DNA of 64,000 nucleotides from Gemmatimonadota bacterium (lineage in GTDB: Bacteria > Gemmatimonadota > Gemmatimonadetes > Palauibacterales > Palauibacteraceae). Positions 40,202 through 50,639 of this stretch are shown here, piece after piece. Made by a program: the position numbers and the translations under genes. The notes under the pieces are model-generated. The model saw only the letters and a list, made by a program, of their open reading frames with translations. It did not search any database and was not told the DNA's origin. Location of the stretch: NCBI GenBank assembly GCA_963666735.1, contig OY762926.1, positions 2,912,001-2,976,000 of the forward strand, given 5' to 3'. Numbering within the stretch: position 1 is the first letter of the stretch; every line of letters starts with the position of its first letter.

Positions 40202-40915
40202 ATGCTACCCATCGAAGGCCTTCGGAGTGCGCTTTCAGCCGAGCGGCTGAGTGCCTATGCCCTGCCTCAGGACACCGACGAAGTCGACTGCGTGGCCAGG
40301 TACCTGTGGAATCTGGCGCTGTGCAGCGCCCTCCACCCGGCGCTTCATACCCTTGAGATTACCGTCCGGAACCGTCTCTTCGACATCTCCAGAAGGATCG
40401 TCGATGAGACCAAACTCAGTTTCGACAAGGTTCCGTGTTGGCTCGATGCTCGACCTTCGCTGCTTGCCGGCCCCGAGCGTGACGCCCTCGAGAAAGCGAA
40501 GGAAACGATCGCGAAGCGAGGCCGTCCGATGACCGAGGGTCGGCTTGTCTCGGTCCTGGGGTTTGGTTTCTGGGTGAGTCTGTGCAAGCGGTCATATGAA
40601 CAGGGGCGCGGCGGCGGGCCGCGCCTCTGGCCTGAACTGGCGAAGAGGGGATTTCCGCATCCGCCCAACGCCAAGCGCACACGCAGCCAAATCTTCCACG
40701 CCCTGGATCCGCTCCGCGACCTGCGTAACCGCGTCTCTCACCATGAGGCCGTCTGGGACCGGAAGCTCGGTCGAAGCCATCAGAACATCCTCGACACCAT
40801 TGGCTGGATCAACCGTGACCTGGCGACGACCCTGCAGGACCACTCGCCGCTGCCGGCAGTACTCGAGAGGGGCGTAGCCGGTTTCCGCGCTCAGGCCGAG
40901 GCAATCATCAAGTAG
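40202..40915 (+). CDS. Abi-like (Abi_2/AbiF-type) HEPN ribonuclease
   Basis: LSAERLSAY, YLWN..LEITVRN, FGFWVSL and HEPN RxxxxH motif RNRVSHHE. Confidence 0.8.
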   Translation: MLPIEGLRSALSAERLSAYALPQDTDEVDCVARYLWNLALCSALHPALHTLEITVRNRLFDISRRIVDETKLSFDKVPCWLDARPSLLAGPERDALEKAKETIAKRGRPMTEGRLVSVLGFGFWVSLCKRSYEQGRGGGPRLWPELAKRGFPHPPNAKRTRSQIFHALDPLRDLRNRVSHHEAVWDRKLGRSHQNILDTIGWINRDLATTLQDHSPLPAVLERGVAGFRAQAEAIIK

Positions 40916-40950
40916 TGCGGCCCGGAGCCGGTTGGCCGGACCGGAATTTG

Positions 40951-41061
40951 CGCCAGGAGCGGGCGAAGGTTCGAAACGCGCGCTGGACCGCGGCAGGAGG
41001 CCGTACGCCAACCTGGCCAAGGCGTACCGGCATGGCTGCCGCTGATACACCGTACATGTGC
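40951..41061 (-). pseudogene. Diverged fragment of the HTH-ImmA/IrrE gene (homologous to 51392-51502)
   Basis: HMYGVSAAAMPVRLGQVGVRPPAAVQRAFRTFARSWRK versus HMYGVSAAAMLVRLGQVGVLPRDAVQRAFRTFARSWRK. Confidence 0.85.
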
Positions 41062-41230
41062 ATCCCTTCTCCGGCTGTCGGAGTCGCGCCCGGCGGGCCA
41101 TCCTGCTGCTGCTGCTGGAATACGACCCGATAGGTCACGCTCAGGCCCGGCCCCGCCTCGGGCACCGCTCGAGAGGCCGAGGACCGCGGTCACGGCCTCG
41201 GTGGCAGGCAGTGCCGTCAAGCTACATCCC

Positions 41231-41259
41231 TTTACGTACATCGTAACAGGGCGTAGAAT
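41231..41259 (+). promoter_or_regulatory. higBA promoter with operator palindrome
   Basis: TTTACG -17 bp- TAGAAT; overlapping palindrome TTACG-TACAT-CGTAA. Confidence 0.6.
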
Positions 41260-41267
41260 CGGAGTGC

Positions 41268-41546
41268 ATGATACGAAGCTTCAAGGACCGCAGAACGCGG
41301 CGTTTCTTTGAGGGGCGTCGCGTCGCGGCGTTCCAGGGGTTCTCGGATCAGGCGGTGCGCCGATTGACCCTGCTGGACAGCGCAGAAACGCTCGGCGATT
41401 TGGCAGGGCTGCCGAGCAACCGGCTGGGAGTACTGCGAGGCAACCGCGCGGGCCGGCACAGTATTCGGATCAACGCGCAGTGGCGTATCTGCTTCCGTTG
41501 GACCGACGACGGGCCATGCGAGGTCGAAATCGTGGATTATCATTGA
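41268..41546 (+). CDS. higB: HigB (RelE/ParE-family) toxin
   Basis: MIRSFKDRRTRRFF..PSNRL..HSIRINAQWRICFRW..VEIVDYH. Confidence 0.92.
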   Translation: MIRSFKDRRTRRFFEGRRVAAFQGFSDQAVRRLTLLDSAETLGDLAGLPSNRLGVLRGNRAGRHSIRINAQWRICFRWTDDGPCEVEIVDYH

Positions 41547-41558
41547 GAGGCGTGTGAC

Positions 41559-41864
41559 ATGAACGCGAGGAACGGCATGAGGCCGGTGCACCCGGGCGAA
41601 ATCCTGCGCGAGGAACTCGAGGAGGTCGGGCTGTCGGCCAACGCGTTGTCCAAGGCGCTCGGCGTGCCGGTGAACCGAGTCACCATGATCCTCAACGGCC
41701 AGCGCGGCGTGAGCGCTGATACGGCGTTGCGGCTGGCCAGGTACTTCGGGACAACGCCGCAACTCTGGTTGAACCTTCAGAAGACCTGGGAGCTTCGCCG
41801 GACCGAGATCGAGGCGGGCCGCGAGATCGCCGAGCAAGTCACCCCGCGGCACGCGGTGGTGTAG
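41559..41864 (+). CDS. higA: HigA addiction-module antitoxin
   Basis: PVHPGEILREEL..SADTALRLARYFGTTPQLWLNLQ. Confidence 0.93.
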   Translation: MNARNGMRPVHPGEILREELEEVGLSANALSKALGVPVNRVTMILNGQRGVSADTALRLARYFGTTPQLWLNLQKTWELRRTEIEAGREIAEQVTPRHAVV

Positions 41865-41995
41865 GTCTTCCGGCATACGTCCAGCGTCCGCGCTTGAGCC
41901 ACAGAGAATCGTTGCCGCTATGCCGTTGTAACCGGCGGACCATACCTCATCGTCGGCGAGACCGGCTACGCCCCCCGTCTCTCGCAATGGCGCGG

Positions 41996-42445
41996 CTAAC
42001 GGTGGGACCGCAGGAGACCAAGCCCGGTTCTCAGCAGATCCACGGTCGGGAGTGACTCGACGGTGTGAATATCGTGCCACGCGCAAAGGTCGGTGCTGCC
42101 GTCGACTTCGTGGGTCAGGGAGCCTCCGAGCACTTCGGCGAAGTAGATGATTCTGAGACTGTGCGTGGCGAGGCCTCCGTCCGGTACGACGCGCGAGTCG
42201 ATTCCCGCCACGTCGGTGGCCCGCACGAGCAGCCCGGTCTCTTCTCGAACTTCTCGCACCATCGCTTCGGCAGGATCTTCACCAAACTCGATCCCGCCGC
42301 CGGGAAGGGTCCAACGACCTGCCCATTCCGAGACCCGCGCCGAGATGCGACAAACGAGAATCTGGTCCAACCGCGACACGACACCGTACGCGGCAATCCT
42401 GGTCGTGGCCTTTGTAGACAATAGCGTCTCCTGGCACCGGGTCAC
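41996..42445 (-). CDS. NUDIX hydrolase
   Basis: Nudix box GGGIEFGEDPAEAMVREVREETGL. Confidence 0.9.
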   Translation of the reverse strand: MTRCQETLLSTKATTRIAAYGVVSRLDQILVCRISARVSEWAGRWTLPGGGIEFGEDPAEAMVREVREETGLLVRATDVAGIDSRVVPDGGLATHSLRIIYFAEVLGGSLTHEVDGSTDLCAWHDIHTVESLPTVDLLRTGLGLLRSHR

Positions 42446-42563
42446 GCCCTCGGTTGGTTGCAGCTGAAGCGCTCGGCGTGTCGGCGCCCAGAAATGTAAC
42501 CTGGCACGCTCACATCGATCCCCCTGTGGCGATGGGGGCCGCTCGAGGCACGGTAGCGATACA

Positions 42564-42607
42564 TTGACCGGACAGATAGGCTAGGTTGTAATACGATCAT
42601 GTCCGGT
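42564..42607 (+). promoter_or_regulatory. Putative promoter with inverted-repeat operator
   Basis: TTGACC -17 bp- TGTAAT; ACCGGACA (42567) and TGTCCGGT (42600) are inverted repeats, upstream of an HTH gene. Confidence 0.45.
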
Positions 42608-42611
42608 ACGA

Positions 42612-43484
42612 GTGGAGGAGGCCAATCGCCGGATGAGTGACGCGAGACCGTTCAGCCGCATCACCTTCTTGGGGACGGTGACCGAGTGCTTGCCGGACGA
42701 CGGGTTTCGCGCTTTGGCGAGACAGCTTTCCGCCGCCGGCCGGGCTGGACCGTCTCCGAGCCTGGTCGTGGCTCTGGCGAGTGAGCTGCTGGGACGGGAC
42801 CGGCTCAAGCTGCCGGGTTGGGTGGATACGGACACACGCTACCTGGTGGTGCTGGACGTGCCGGAGCAGGCGGTGCTTCGTCTCGCGTCGAGGCTTCGGC
42901 TCCACAAGCCGGATCGGCGGCTGCAGGTGTGCCGGGACCCTTCCGTCGTGAAGCGTCTGGTCATCGCGCTCACGCGGCCGGCCGCGTGGGAGGGCATCCT
43001 TGACGCCTATGTCTTCGAGAACTCTCTGGTGGCCGTCCTGGGGGACATGAGCGTATGGAAGTTCCCGGTCGGAAGGCTCCCCAGGGTCAGGGGGTTCGAG
43101 CCGGCCGCGGTCCGCCGGTTCGTGATCGATTCCGCCGGCTCCTGCCTGCATTGGTCCGATGAGGACGTGCACATGGGTGCGTCTCAGATGTTGCAGGCCG
43201 TGGATCCCGTGCATCTCGCCCAGGTGGAGATCCGTCGGTATGAGATGGAGAACGTGTCGCAGGCCCTCCGTGAAATGAGGCATGACCGGCAGTTGAAGCA
43301 GACGGAGATCCCGGGGCTGTCGGAGAGGCACGTTCGGCGGTTGGAGAAGGAGGAGATACGACTCACGGTCGAGGCGGCGAGCAAGTTCGCGCGGGCGCTC
43401 GAGCTGACGCTGTCGGAGTTCATGGACGAACTGAGTGAGCGGATCACGGGTCTGCGAAGGCCGATGGAGTCGAGGTGGGGATGA
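42612..43484 (+). CDS. DUF2442-like plus C-terminal XRE HTH protein
   Basis: FVIDSAGSCLHWSDEDVHM (DUF2442-like); LREMRHDRQLKQTEI.GLSERHVRRLEK HTH. Confidence 0.6.
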   Translation: MEEANRRMSDARPFSRITFLGTVTECLPDDGFRALARQLSAAGRAGPSPSLVVALASELLGRDRLKLPGWVDTDTRYLVVLDVPEQAVLRLASRLRLHKPDRRLQVCRDPSVVKRLVIALTRPAAWEGILDAYVFENSLVAVLGDMSVWKFPVGRLPRVRGFEPAAVRRFVIDSAGSCLHWSDEDVHMGASQMLQAVDPVHLAQVEIRRYEMENVSQALREMRHDRQLKQTEIPGLSERHVRRLEKEEIRLTVEAASKFARALELTLSEFMDELSERITGLRRPMESRWG

Positions 43485-43583
43485 TACTCTACGACCCCGA
43501 TCCTACGGATCAGAATTAGAGCGACCACGCGTGGAACGAGGATGACGTGAGAACGCTATGGCTCAAGAACCTGTCCAACGTCG

Positions 43584-44018
43584 ATGGATAGCGGGCGGAG
43601 GACGGCAGCGGCTCTCACCTTCCTCGCCTCGAGCTTGGTGTTCGCCACAGGCTGCGGCGTGTTCGACCCCGGCCCGCAGTTCGGCGCGCTCACGGGGAAC
43701 TGGGCGGGCTGGTGCTGCACCGGCCTCCTGGATGCAGGCGGTCAGTGGTATCTCACCTTGGAAGAGGGTTCTTCAGGGGACGTGACCGGAACCGTCGAGT
43801 ACATCGAGGCGGGCGGTCCGAGCATGCAACCGAGGATCGTTTCGGGGACGGTAAGCGGGAGACACAGCGGCGCGGATGTTTCGTTGGGCTTCCGCTACGA
43901 GGACGGGCGTCGAGGCAGCTTCACGGGAGCGCAGGGCTCCGAAACCGCGTTCCGGGGCAGCATGTCCGGTTGGACGAGTTTCGGACCGGATGCCGTGCTC
44001 TTCGAGCGCACTCCGTAG
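43584..44018 (+). CDS. Hypothetical lipoprotein
   Basis: Lipobox FATGC; beta-rich Gly/Thr/Ser domain. Confidence 0.6.
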   Translation: MDSGRRTAAALTFLASSLVFATGCGVFDPGPQFGALTGNWAGWCCTGLLDAGGQWYLTLEEGSSGDVTGTVEYIEAGGPSMQPRIVSGTVSGRHSGADVSLGFRYEDGRRGSFTGAQGSETAFRGSMSGWTSFGPDAVLFERTP

Positions 44019-44442
44019 GGATCAAGACTCTCCCTTAGCTCGTCACCTCCGGCCGGGTGTCACGTTTTGACCCGCCGCATGTGTCACCTTCGGTCGCCGT
44101 CTTGCGCCGGGTGCCGAAGATGAGGACGGAGTCTTGATGACGAACGGTTGAGATCGCGCCGGATCGTTGAGTTACAGCCGCTCCGGCTCCAAGGACGTTT
44201 GTACCGGTACCGGGGCCGATACCTTTGCAACCAGCATGTTTAGGAGCCGTCTTGAACGCACCATCCCGGGTCACGCCCCCCTTCCTGGAACGGGATCGAC
44301 CATCGGCACGCCGCGGCATCAGCGGTCGGCGTGCGTGGGAATCGACGATGCGGGCGGGTTGCTCCGCGCCGCGGCACCGTGCTACGATTGCGGTTAGCGG
44401 GTAGAGGTCGCACAGGGACACAACGGAACCGCATACGCTATC

Positions 44443-45606
44443 TTGTCGATACACGTGAATCCTGACGTGCTCCGCTGGGCCCGCGAATCCGCAGGCCTAA
44501 GTCTAGCGAAGGCCGCTGGCAAGCTGCAGATAAAGCCTGCCCGCGGCTTCGAGCCTACCGCACGTCTCCGAAACCTTGAAGCTGGCCGGGAGTTTCCTAC
44601 CCGAGCCATGCTCGCCAACATGGCGGACAAGTACCAGCAATCTCTCATCTCGCTTTACGTTGACGAGCCACCAGAACTGGGCCATCACGCCACTGACTTC
44701 AGGACAACGGTGAACAGAGAGTTCGCAGAGGAAGAGGAAGCGTGGCTCAACCTCCTGTTGAGAGACCTGACAGCGCGCCAGTCACTACTGAAAGAAGCAA
44801 TCATCGACAACGAAGAGGATGAGTCGGTGTCGTTCGTAGGAGGCATGAGTTCGCGTTCGGTACTCGACGCGGTTGAGGAACTCCGCAAGATCTTGGGCGT
44901 TACGCACCGCGAGTATCGCCTTGAAAGCAATCGTGATCAGGCGTTCCGCCTCTTGCGCACTAGAACCGAGGAGGCAGGCGTGTTCGTCCTCCTGATCGGC
45001 GAACTCGGGCACCACTCGCGGACTATAAGTGTCAGCGTGTTCCGGGGACTGGTCCTGTGTGATGAGATCGCACCAATGGTTGTCGTCAATCCTGGGGATT
45101 CGTACGGGGCGCGTTCCTTCACGCTGCTACACGAACTGGTGCATCTATGCCTTGGAAACACAGGGGTCAGCAACTGGACGCCGGCTAGTAGGGTGGAACA
45201 GTTCTGTAGCGATGTTGCTTCGCGATTCCTCCTCCCGGATAGTGATTTGGATGAGTTTGCCACCAAGCAACGTCAAGGTGAGGAGGAATGGATATCTGAA
45301 ATAACCTCATTCGCGGGCCGCATGAACCTAAGCCCTGCCATGGTCGCATACCGGCTTCACCGACGCGCGGCGATTAGCAGAGATGTTTGGATCTCCTTGC
45401 GGAAGAACTTCTATCGTCGCTGGCAGATGTCGAGGTCAAGCAGTGGGGGCGGAGGAAGCTACTACAACACCGCCCGGTATCGGCTCGGGAACCGCTTCGT
45501 AGGTACAACGGGACGTTTGATGCAGTCGGGAGTTCTGACCACGACCAAAGCGGGATTCGTCCTCGGTGTCCGCCCCAACAACGCACACCGGCTCGTCGAG
45601 CCATAG
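44443..45606 (+). CDS. XRE-HTH plus ImmA/IrrE-family metallopeptidase
   Basis: VNPDVLRWARESAGLS HTH; FTLLHELVH (HExxH); VEQFCS. Confidence 0.88.
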   Translation: MSIHVNPDVLRWARESAGLSLAKAAGKLQIKPARGFEPTARLRNLEAGREFPTRAMLANMADKYQQSLISLYVDEPPELGHHATDFRTTVNREFAEEEEAWLNLLLRDLTARQSLLKEAIIDNEEDESVSFVGGMSSRSVLDAVEELRKILGVTHREYRLESNRDQAFRLLRTRTEEAGVFVLLIGELGHHSRTISVSVFRGLVLCDEIAPMVVVNPGDSYGARSFTLLHELVHLCLGNTGVSNWTPASRVEQFCSDVASRFLLPDSDLDEFATKQRQGEEEWISEITSFAGRMNLSPAMVAYRLHRRAAISRDVWISLRKNFYRRWQMSRSSSGGGGSYYNTARYRLGNRFVGTTGRLMQSGVLTTTKAGFVLGVRPNNAHRLVEP

Positions 45607-45622
45607 GATCTATTTTACCACT

Positions 45623-45858
45623 TTGCGCTACCTACTGGATGCGAACGTACTGATAGACGCGGATAAGCTGTACTACTCCATCGACCGCGTACCCGAGTAT
45701 TGGGCATGGCTCTTGCACCACGCATCGGCAGGGTATGTGAAGGTTCCAATCGAGATCTACAATGAGGTGAAGGTGGGGAAGGACCGGGTTGCAAAGCTCG
45801 TAAGGCAGGAGAGGTCGAGATTGGTACTTCAGGCGCAGGTGAGTGCCGCGAGTGCGAG
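45623..45858 (+). pseudogene. DUF4411-like PIN protein truncated by IS
   Basis: YLLDANVLIDA..YY..VPEYWAWL..IYNEV; similarity ends at the IS boundary. Confidence 0.75.
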
Positions 45859-46083
45859 GCGGAACCTGCCAACGAATGTGAGACACTTTCCGATTCAGTT
45901 TAGTGAGGCCTCCTTCCTCCCGTTGGCCGACTCCGATCCATCAACCGGCGTGACGGGGAGTGCGCGGTTGATCCAGACTTCCTCCGGGAGTTCCACTGGG
46001 CTTACCCCGTTTTAGTGGACAGGTGAAAGTGGTGGTTTCCTCCATTCTCGCCACCTCGCGGGAGAGGGCCGCGGCCCGGGGGG

Positions 46084-46975
46084 TCACGCCGCCTCTCCTT
46101 TCTCGCGCGCCTCGAAGCTGGCGGGCGACTCGTAGCCGAGGCTCGAGTGCCGCCGGCGCGGGTTGTACCAGCCCTCGATGAACCGGAACACCCCCCGGCG
46201 GGCCTCGCCGGGCGTCCGGAACGAGCGCCGCCAGATCAGTTCGCACTCCAGCGTGGCGAAGAACGACTCGCACATGGCGTTGTCGTAAGCGTCGCCCACC
46301 GAGCCCATCGAGGGCCTGACCCCGGCCCTCCGGCAGCGGCCGCCGAAGGCGTAGGACGTGTACTGGCTGCCTTGGTCGCTGTGGTGGATCACCCCGTCGG
46401 GGCGCCGCTGCGCCAGCGCCATGTCGAAGGCATCCAGCACCAGGGACGTCCTCAGGTGCGTCGCCATCGACCAGCCCACGATGCGGCGGCTCCAGGCGTC
46501 GAGCACGACGGCCAGATAAAGGAAGCCCGCCCAGGTCGGCACGTACGTGATGTCGGCCACCCAGAGTTCGTCGGGTCCGGAGGCCGAGAAGTCTCGGTCC
46601 ACGAGATCCGGCGCGGGCCTGGACTTCGCGGCCCGCTTCGTCGTACTGCCCTTGCGGCGCCGGCTCACCCCTTCGATCTCCGCCGCCCGCATCAGCCGCG
46701 CCACCCGGCCCACACCCGCCTCGCGGCCCCGCGCCTTGAGTTCCGCATGGACCCGCGGCGCCCCGTACGTCCCCCCGCTCATGGCGTGGATCTCGACGAT
46801 CTCCGCACTGAGCGCCTCGTTCTCCCGCGCCCGCCGAGACGGCTCCCGCGTCCGCCACGCATAGTACCCGCTCGGGGAGAGACCCAGCAGGCGGCACATC
46901 ACGCGCACGGGATACATGGCCTGGTGATCGCTCACGAACCGGAACCCCCCCGGGGGATCGATCCGCTCTCCTTGG
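46084..46975 (-). CDS. IS3 transposase OrfB
   Basis: WVADITY, LDAWSRRIVGW, HSDQGSQY, DNAMCESFFATLECE. Confidence 0.9.
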
Positions 46976-47240
46976 CGAACCAGGCCGTGGCTTTTGCCAA
47001 TATGTCGCGCTCGATCTTCACCCGGCGAAGCTCGCGCTTCAGTTCCCGGACTTCCTTGCGCTCGACCGTCGTCAGACCGTCGGTGCGACGCCCCTCGTCC
47101 AGGTCGGCCCGCTCCACCCAGCGCCGGATCGCCGTCGCCGAGGGCTCGAACTCGCGAGCCAGCCGGTCCGCGCTCCGTCCCGCACGGACCAGTTCCACCA
47201 TCCGCGCCTTGTACTCCGGCGCGTATCTCCGTCCCGACAT
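46932..47240 (-). CDS. IS3 transposase OrfA
   Basis: MSGRRYAPEYKARMVELVRAG..ERDILAKATAWFAKE. Confidence 0.88.
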   Translation of the reverse strand: MSGRRYAPEYKARMVELVRAGRSADRLAREFEPSATAIRRWVERADLDEGRRTDGLTTVERKEVRELKRELRRVKIERDILAKATAWFAKESGSIPRGGSGS

Positions 47241-47299
47241 GCGACACCTCCTCGTTGTGACCAACGCTCAAAGGTGTCCACCAAATCGGGGTAACTCCA

Positions 47300-48238
47300 C
47301 ACAGCCCTCGGCGGGCCGACGACGAAGCGGTCGGGGCGGGCGGCGTAGGCCGCGGCCAGCACGTTCCGCCGTTGCTCGATCACCTCGGGGGCGCGGCCGA
47401 GGTGGACCTGCTCGGGGGTGAGCAGGCCGATGCCGCCGTGGCGGTGTTGGGTGTTGTACCACTGGAAGAACTCCCGGCAGAAGTCCTTCGCCTCCTCGAT
47501 GCAGCCGAACCGACCGGGGAAGCCCGGGTGATACTTGAGGGTCTTGAAGTGCGCCTCCGAGTACGGGTTGTCGTTCGAGACCCTGGGGCGGCCCAGCGAC
47601 TGCGTGACGCCCAGGTCGGCCAGGAGCTGCGCCGTGCACTTGGCCGTCATGGGGGATCCCCGATCCGAGTGCAGCGTGAGGACCCGGGGCCGCACACCGT
47701 GCCTGAGACACGTCTCGCCGACCAAGTGTCCGGCCAGGCCTGCGGTCTCGCGCTCCGCCACCATCCATCCGGTGACGTAGCGGCTGTAGATGTCCAGGAT
47801 CACGTACAGATAGAAGTACCGCCACTTCTCCGGCGCCAGCAGCCGGGTGATGTCCCAAGACCACACCTCGTTCGGTGCCTTGGCCACCACCTCGGGCTTC
47901 GGGTGGTTGGGATGGCTGCGCTGAGCCCGGCGCTCGCGGACCGCCCGGTTCTCGGCCAGGATCCGGTACATCGTCCGCTCCGAACACAGATAGACGCCCT
48001 CGTCCAGCAGCGTCGCGTACACCTCCGCCGGCGCGCGGTCGGCGAAGCGCGGCGAGCACAGCACGCCGAAGACCTCCGCCCGCTCCGCCGCGTCCAGGGC
48101 CCGGGCGGGAGCCGGCCGGGGCCGCCGCCGCCCGGTCTTCGGCCTCCGGCGACGGTAGAACGTGGCGCGCGCGACCCCGAGGGCCTCGCACGCCGCGCGT
48201 ACGCCCACGTGCCCGGCCAAGCCTCCGGCCGCGCTCAA
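47300..48238 (-). pseudogene. Outer IS3 OrfB (interrupted near C-terminus)
   Basis: WSWDITRL, LHSDRGSPM, SNDNPYSEAHFKTLKY. Confidence 0.85.
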
Positions 48239-48669
48239 GAGCGCTTCCCGTCCCCGGGGCTCACGCCCGGCAGCCCCGCAACTTTTCCCTGGACATCGAT
48301 GATGATGCGCGCCTTGCGGAGTTCCTCGCGCAACCGCGCGTTCTCCCGCTCCAGCTTCCGCACCCTCCTCGCCTCACGCTTCCCGCCCGAGGGCTTCGGT
48401 CCGCGTCTCTTCGCCAGCCCCCGCAGCGATCCCTCCCGCGCCGCTTTCCGCCACGCCGACAGGTGCGAGCCGTACAATCCCTCGCGCCGAAGCAACGCTC
48501 CGATCTCGCCCGACGTCTCGCAGGCGTCCGCCTCCTCGACGATCGACAGCTTGTACGCCGCCGTGAAGCGCCGCCGCGTCGCCTTCGCCGACACCTCCGG
48601 ATCCGCCGCGGAAGCCGCCGCGCTTCGCCCGCCCTCCCCTGAAGAGAGGGGCGTTCCGTTCACCTTCAT
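48235..48669 (-). CDS. Outer IS3 OrfA
   Basis: RRRFTAAYKLSIVEEADAC..GALLRREGLYGSHLSAWR. Confidence 0.85.
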   Translation of the reverse strand: MKVNGTPLSSGEGGRSAAASAADPEVSAKATRRRFTAAYKLSIVEEADACETSGEIGALLRREGLYGSHLSAWRKAAREGSLRGLAKRRGPKPSGGKREARRVRKLERENARLREELRKARIIIDVQGKVAGLPGVSPGDGKRS

Positions 48670-48837
48670 TCCTTCTCCTCGTTCCATCCTCAATCTCTCT
48701 GTCTCGCCCTACTCTAATCTCTTGCTCCTCTCGTGTCTCGCGCGTGTTGGCAGAGAGGGTAGCCGCCAACTCACCAGATGTCGGTACAACAGGCTCCGCG
48801 GCCTATTCGAACGAAGTCTCGATCGATTCCGAGGCTA

Positions 48838-50056
48838 GTGTCATGTCACACATCAAACGTCGGATAGAGACGCTTGAGCTTGACACGTGCGTCGTCGGTG
48901 GTGAACTGCCAGTCGACCTTAGCTCGGATTCGGTCTCTGGCCGCCTGCCAGGCGGCGACTTCGGCGCGCAGGGTGTCGATGGAGTCGATGCGGCGGTTGA
49001 GGCACTGGCGGATCATGACGTTGAGTTCGACCTCGGCGACGTTCAGCCAACTGCCGTGCCTGGGGGTGTGGACGAACTCGAAGCGATCCCAAAGCGCCTT
49101 GGCCTCGGCGGGTTCGAAGGTTTCGTAGAGCGCGCCGGGGCGGTGCGTGTTCAGGTTGTCCATCACCAGCGTGATCCGGGTGGCGTCGGGGTACTGCGCG
49201 GCAATGTCGTGCAGGAAGCGGGCCCAGTCGGTCTTCGTTCTGCGCTCGGTCACCTTGGTCCGGCGCCGGCCGGCCAGCGGTTCGGTGGCCATGAACACGT
49301 TGCAGGTGCCGAGGCGCCGGTACTCGTAGTCTTCGCGGGCCGGCCGTCCCGGTGCCGGCGGGACGGGCGTGCGCGTCTCGCCGATCAGCTGGCGCGGCGT
49401 CTCGTCCATGCACACCACCGGGAAGTTCGCATCGTACGGACGCCGGTAGACGTCGAGCACCCGCTCCATCCCCGCCGCGAAGTCGGCGTTGCGCCGCGGC
49501 GGGATCACCCAGCCGATGCGCCGCCAGGGTTTGATGGCGTTTTTTTTAGCACGCGCCGCACCGTCTCGTGCGAGACGCTGTCGATGTAGCCGAGTTCCAC
49601 CGCGCGGTCCGCCAGCAGGCGCAGCGACCACTGCGCGCGCCCCTCGGGCGGATCGCCGCAGCTGAGCGCGACCAGCCGCGCCTCGAATTCGCCGTCCGCC
49701 TTGCGAAGGTATTTCGCGCGACGACCCTGCCGGGCCCCAAGCGCCGCTTCCAGACCGTCCTCCACAAACCGCTTCCTGACCCGGTCCACCCTGCGCGCGC
49801 TGATCCGCAACACCCCGGCGATCTCCCCGCCGGTCGCGCGCCGCTCGTTGAACTCGCCCTCGTCGCAATTGAGCAGAACCAGCGCGTTGACCACCCTCTG
49901 GGAACGATGCGACCCCTTGCGCGTGATCGCCCCCAACGCCTCGCGCTCCCCCGCCTCCAACTCCACCAGATACCGTTTCATGCCAGCCTCCCCGCCATTG
50001 TGGACCGGCGGGAAACCTATCAGGATACATGCGACATATCACATGTGACATGACAC
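48838..50056 (-). mobile_element. IS630-family element with programmed frameshift
   Basis: Perfect IR GTGTCATGTCACA/TGTGACATGACAC, TA duplicated at 48836 and 50057; orfA 49981-49505, A8 slippery run near 49540-49547, orfB with CMDETP, VMDNLNTH, SWLNVAEVE. Confidence 0.92.
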
Positions 50057-50151
50057 TAGGCCATCGACGGGTTCCGTGGAAAGCGGGGTGATACCGGGCG
50101 ATGCCGTCCGTGGGGACGATCGATCTTGAAGCGGCAGTGGACACGGATCGA

Positions 50152-50630
50152 TCAGTCGTCGTGGCGGTTGGCTTCCTTGGATGAGTCGTAGAGAATCTCC
50201 ATGGAACTGCCCCCGAGGGTGATCCTGTGTGCGTTGTTGAGGAAGCGATGGAGGATGACGTCGCTCAGACCGGGATCTCCGACGACATTGTTGACGGGGA
50301 CTTGCCGGCGAGGAGAGCGCCGCGCGGGACGCAGCGGTCGTCGAGGACTTGCGAGCAGGTCGTGACGCCCTGTCGCGAGAGTGAAGCGAGGCCCAAATCG
50401 TCGAGGATGAGGAGCCGGTTCTGGCGAGCCGCCGGGCGAGCTTGAGTTAGGAGATGTCTCCGCGGTCGGCGAGGACAGCCACAGCCCGGAGAGGCGGTAG
50501 TAGCGAGTGGAGCTGCCGTTGCGGCAGGCTTGGTGGCCGAGTGCGCAGGCGAAGGTAGGACTTGCCGGATCCGGTGGCGCCGGTGAAGAGGACCACCTTA
50601 TGGCGCACCCGGTGTTCCTGGACACTATTC
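50152..50630 (-). pseudogene. istB: IS21 helper ATPase IstB relic
   Basis: Walker A GATGSGKS, CALGHQACR, LILDDLG, AHRITLGGSSM spread over frames. Confidence 0.75.
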
Positions 50631-50639
50631 GCAGCTTCT

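Larger units (their letters stand above)
45997..47299 (-). mobile_element. IS3-family element (inner), apparently intact
   Basis: TG...CA ends TGGGCTTACCCCG / CGGGGTAACTCCA; 3-bp target duplication CAC; orfA/orfB with DDE motifs. Confidence 0.92.
45859..48760 (-). mobile_element. IS3-family element (outer), interrupted by a second IS3
   Basis: Imperfect IRs CTGCCAAC-N5-TGAGACAC (45866-45886) and GTGTCTCG-N5-GTTGGCAG (48733-48753); orfA 48235-48669; orfB 48238-47300 continues at 45996-45895 (PPRAV-ELPEEVWINR). Exact ends uncertain. Confidence 0.8.
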
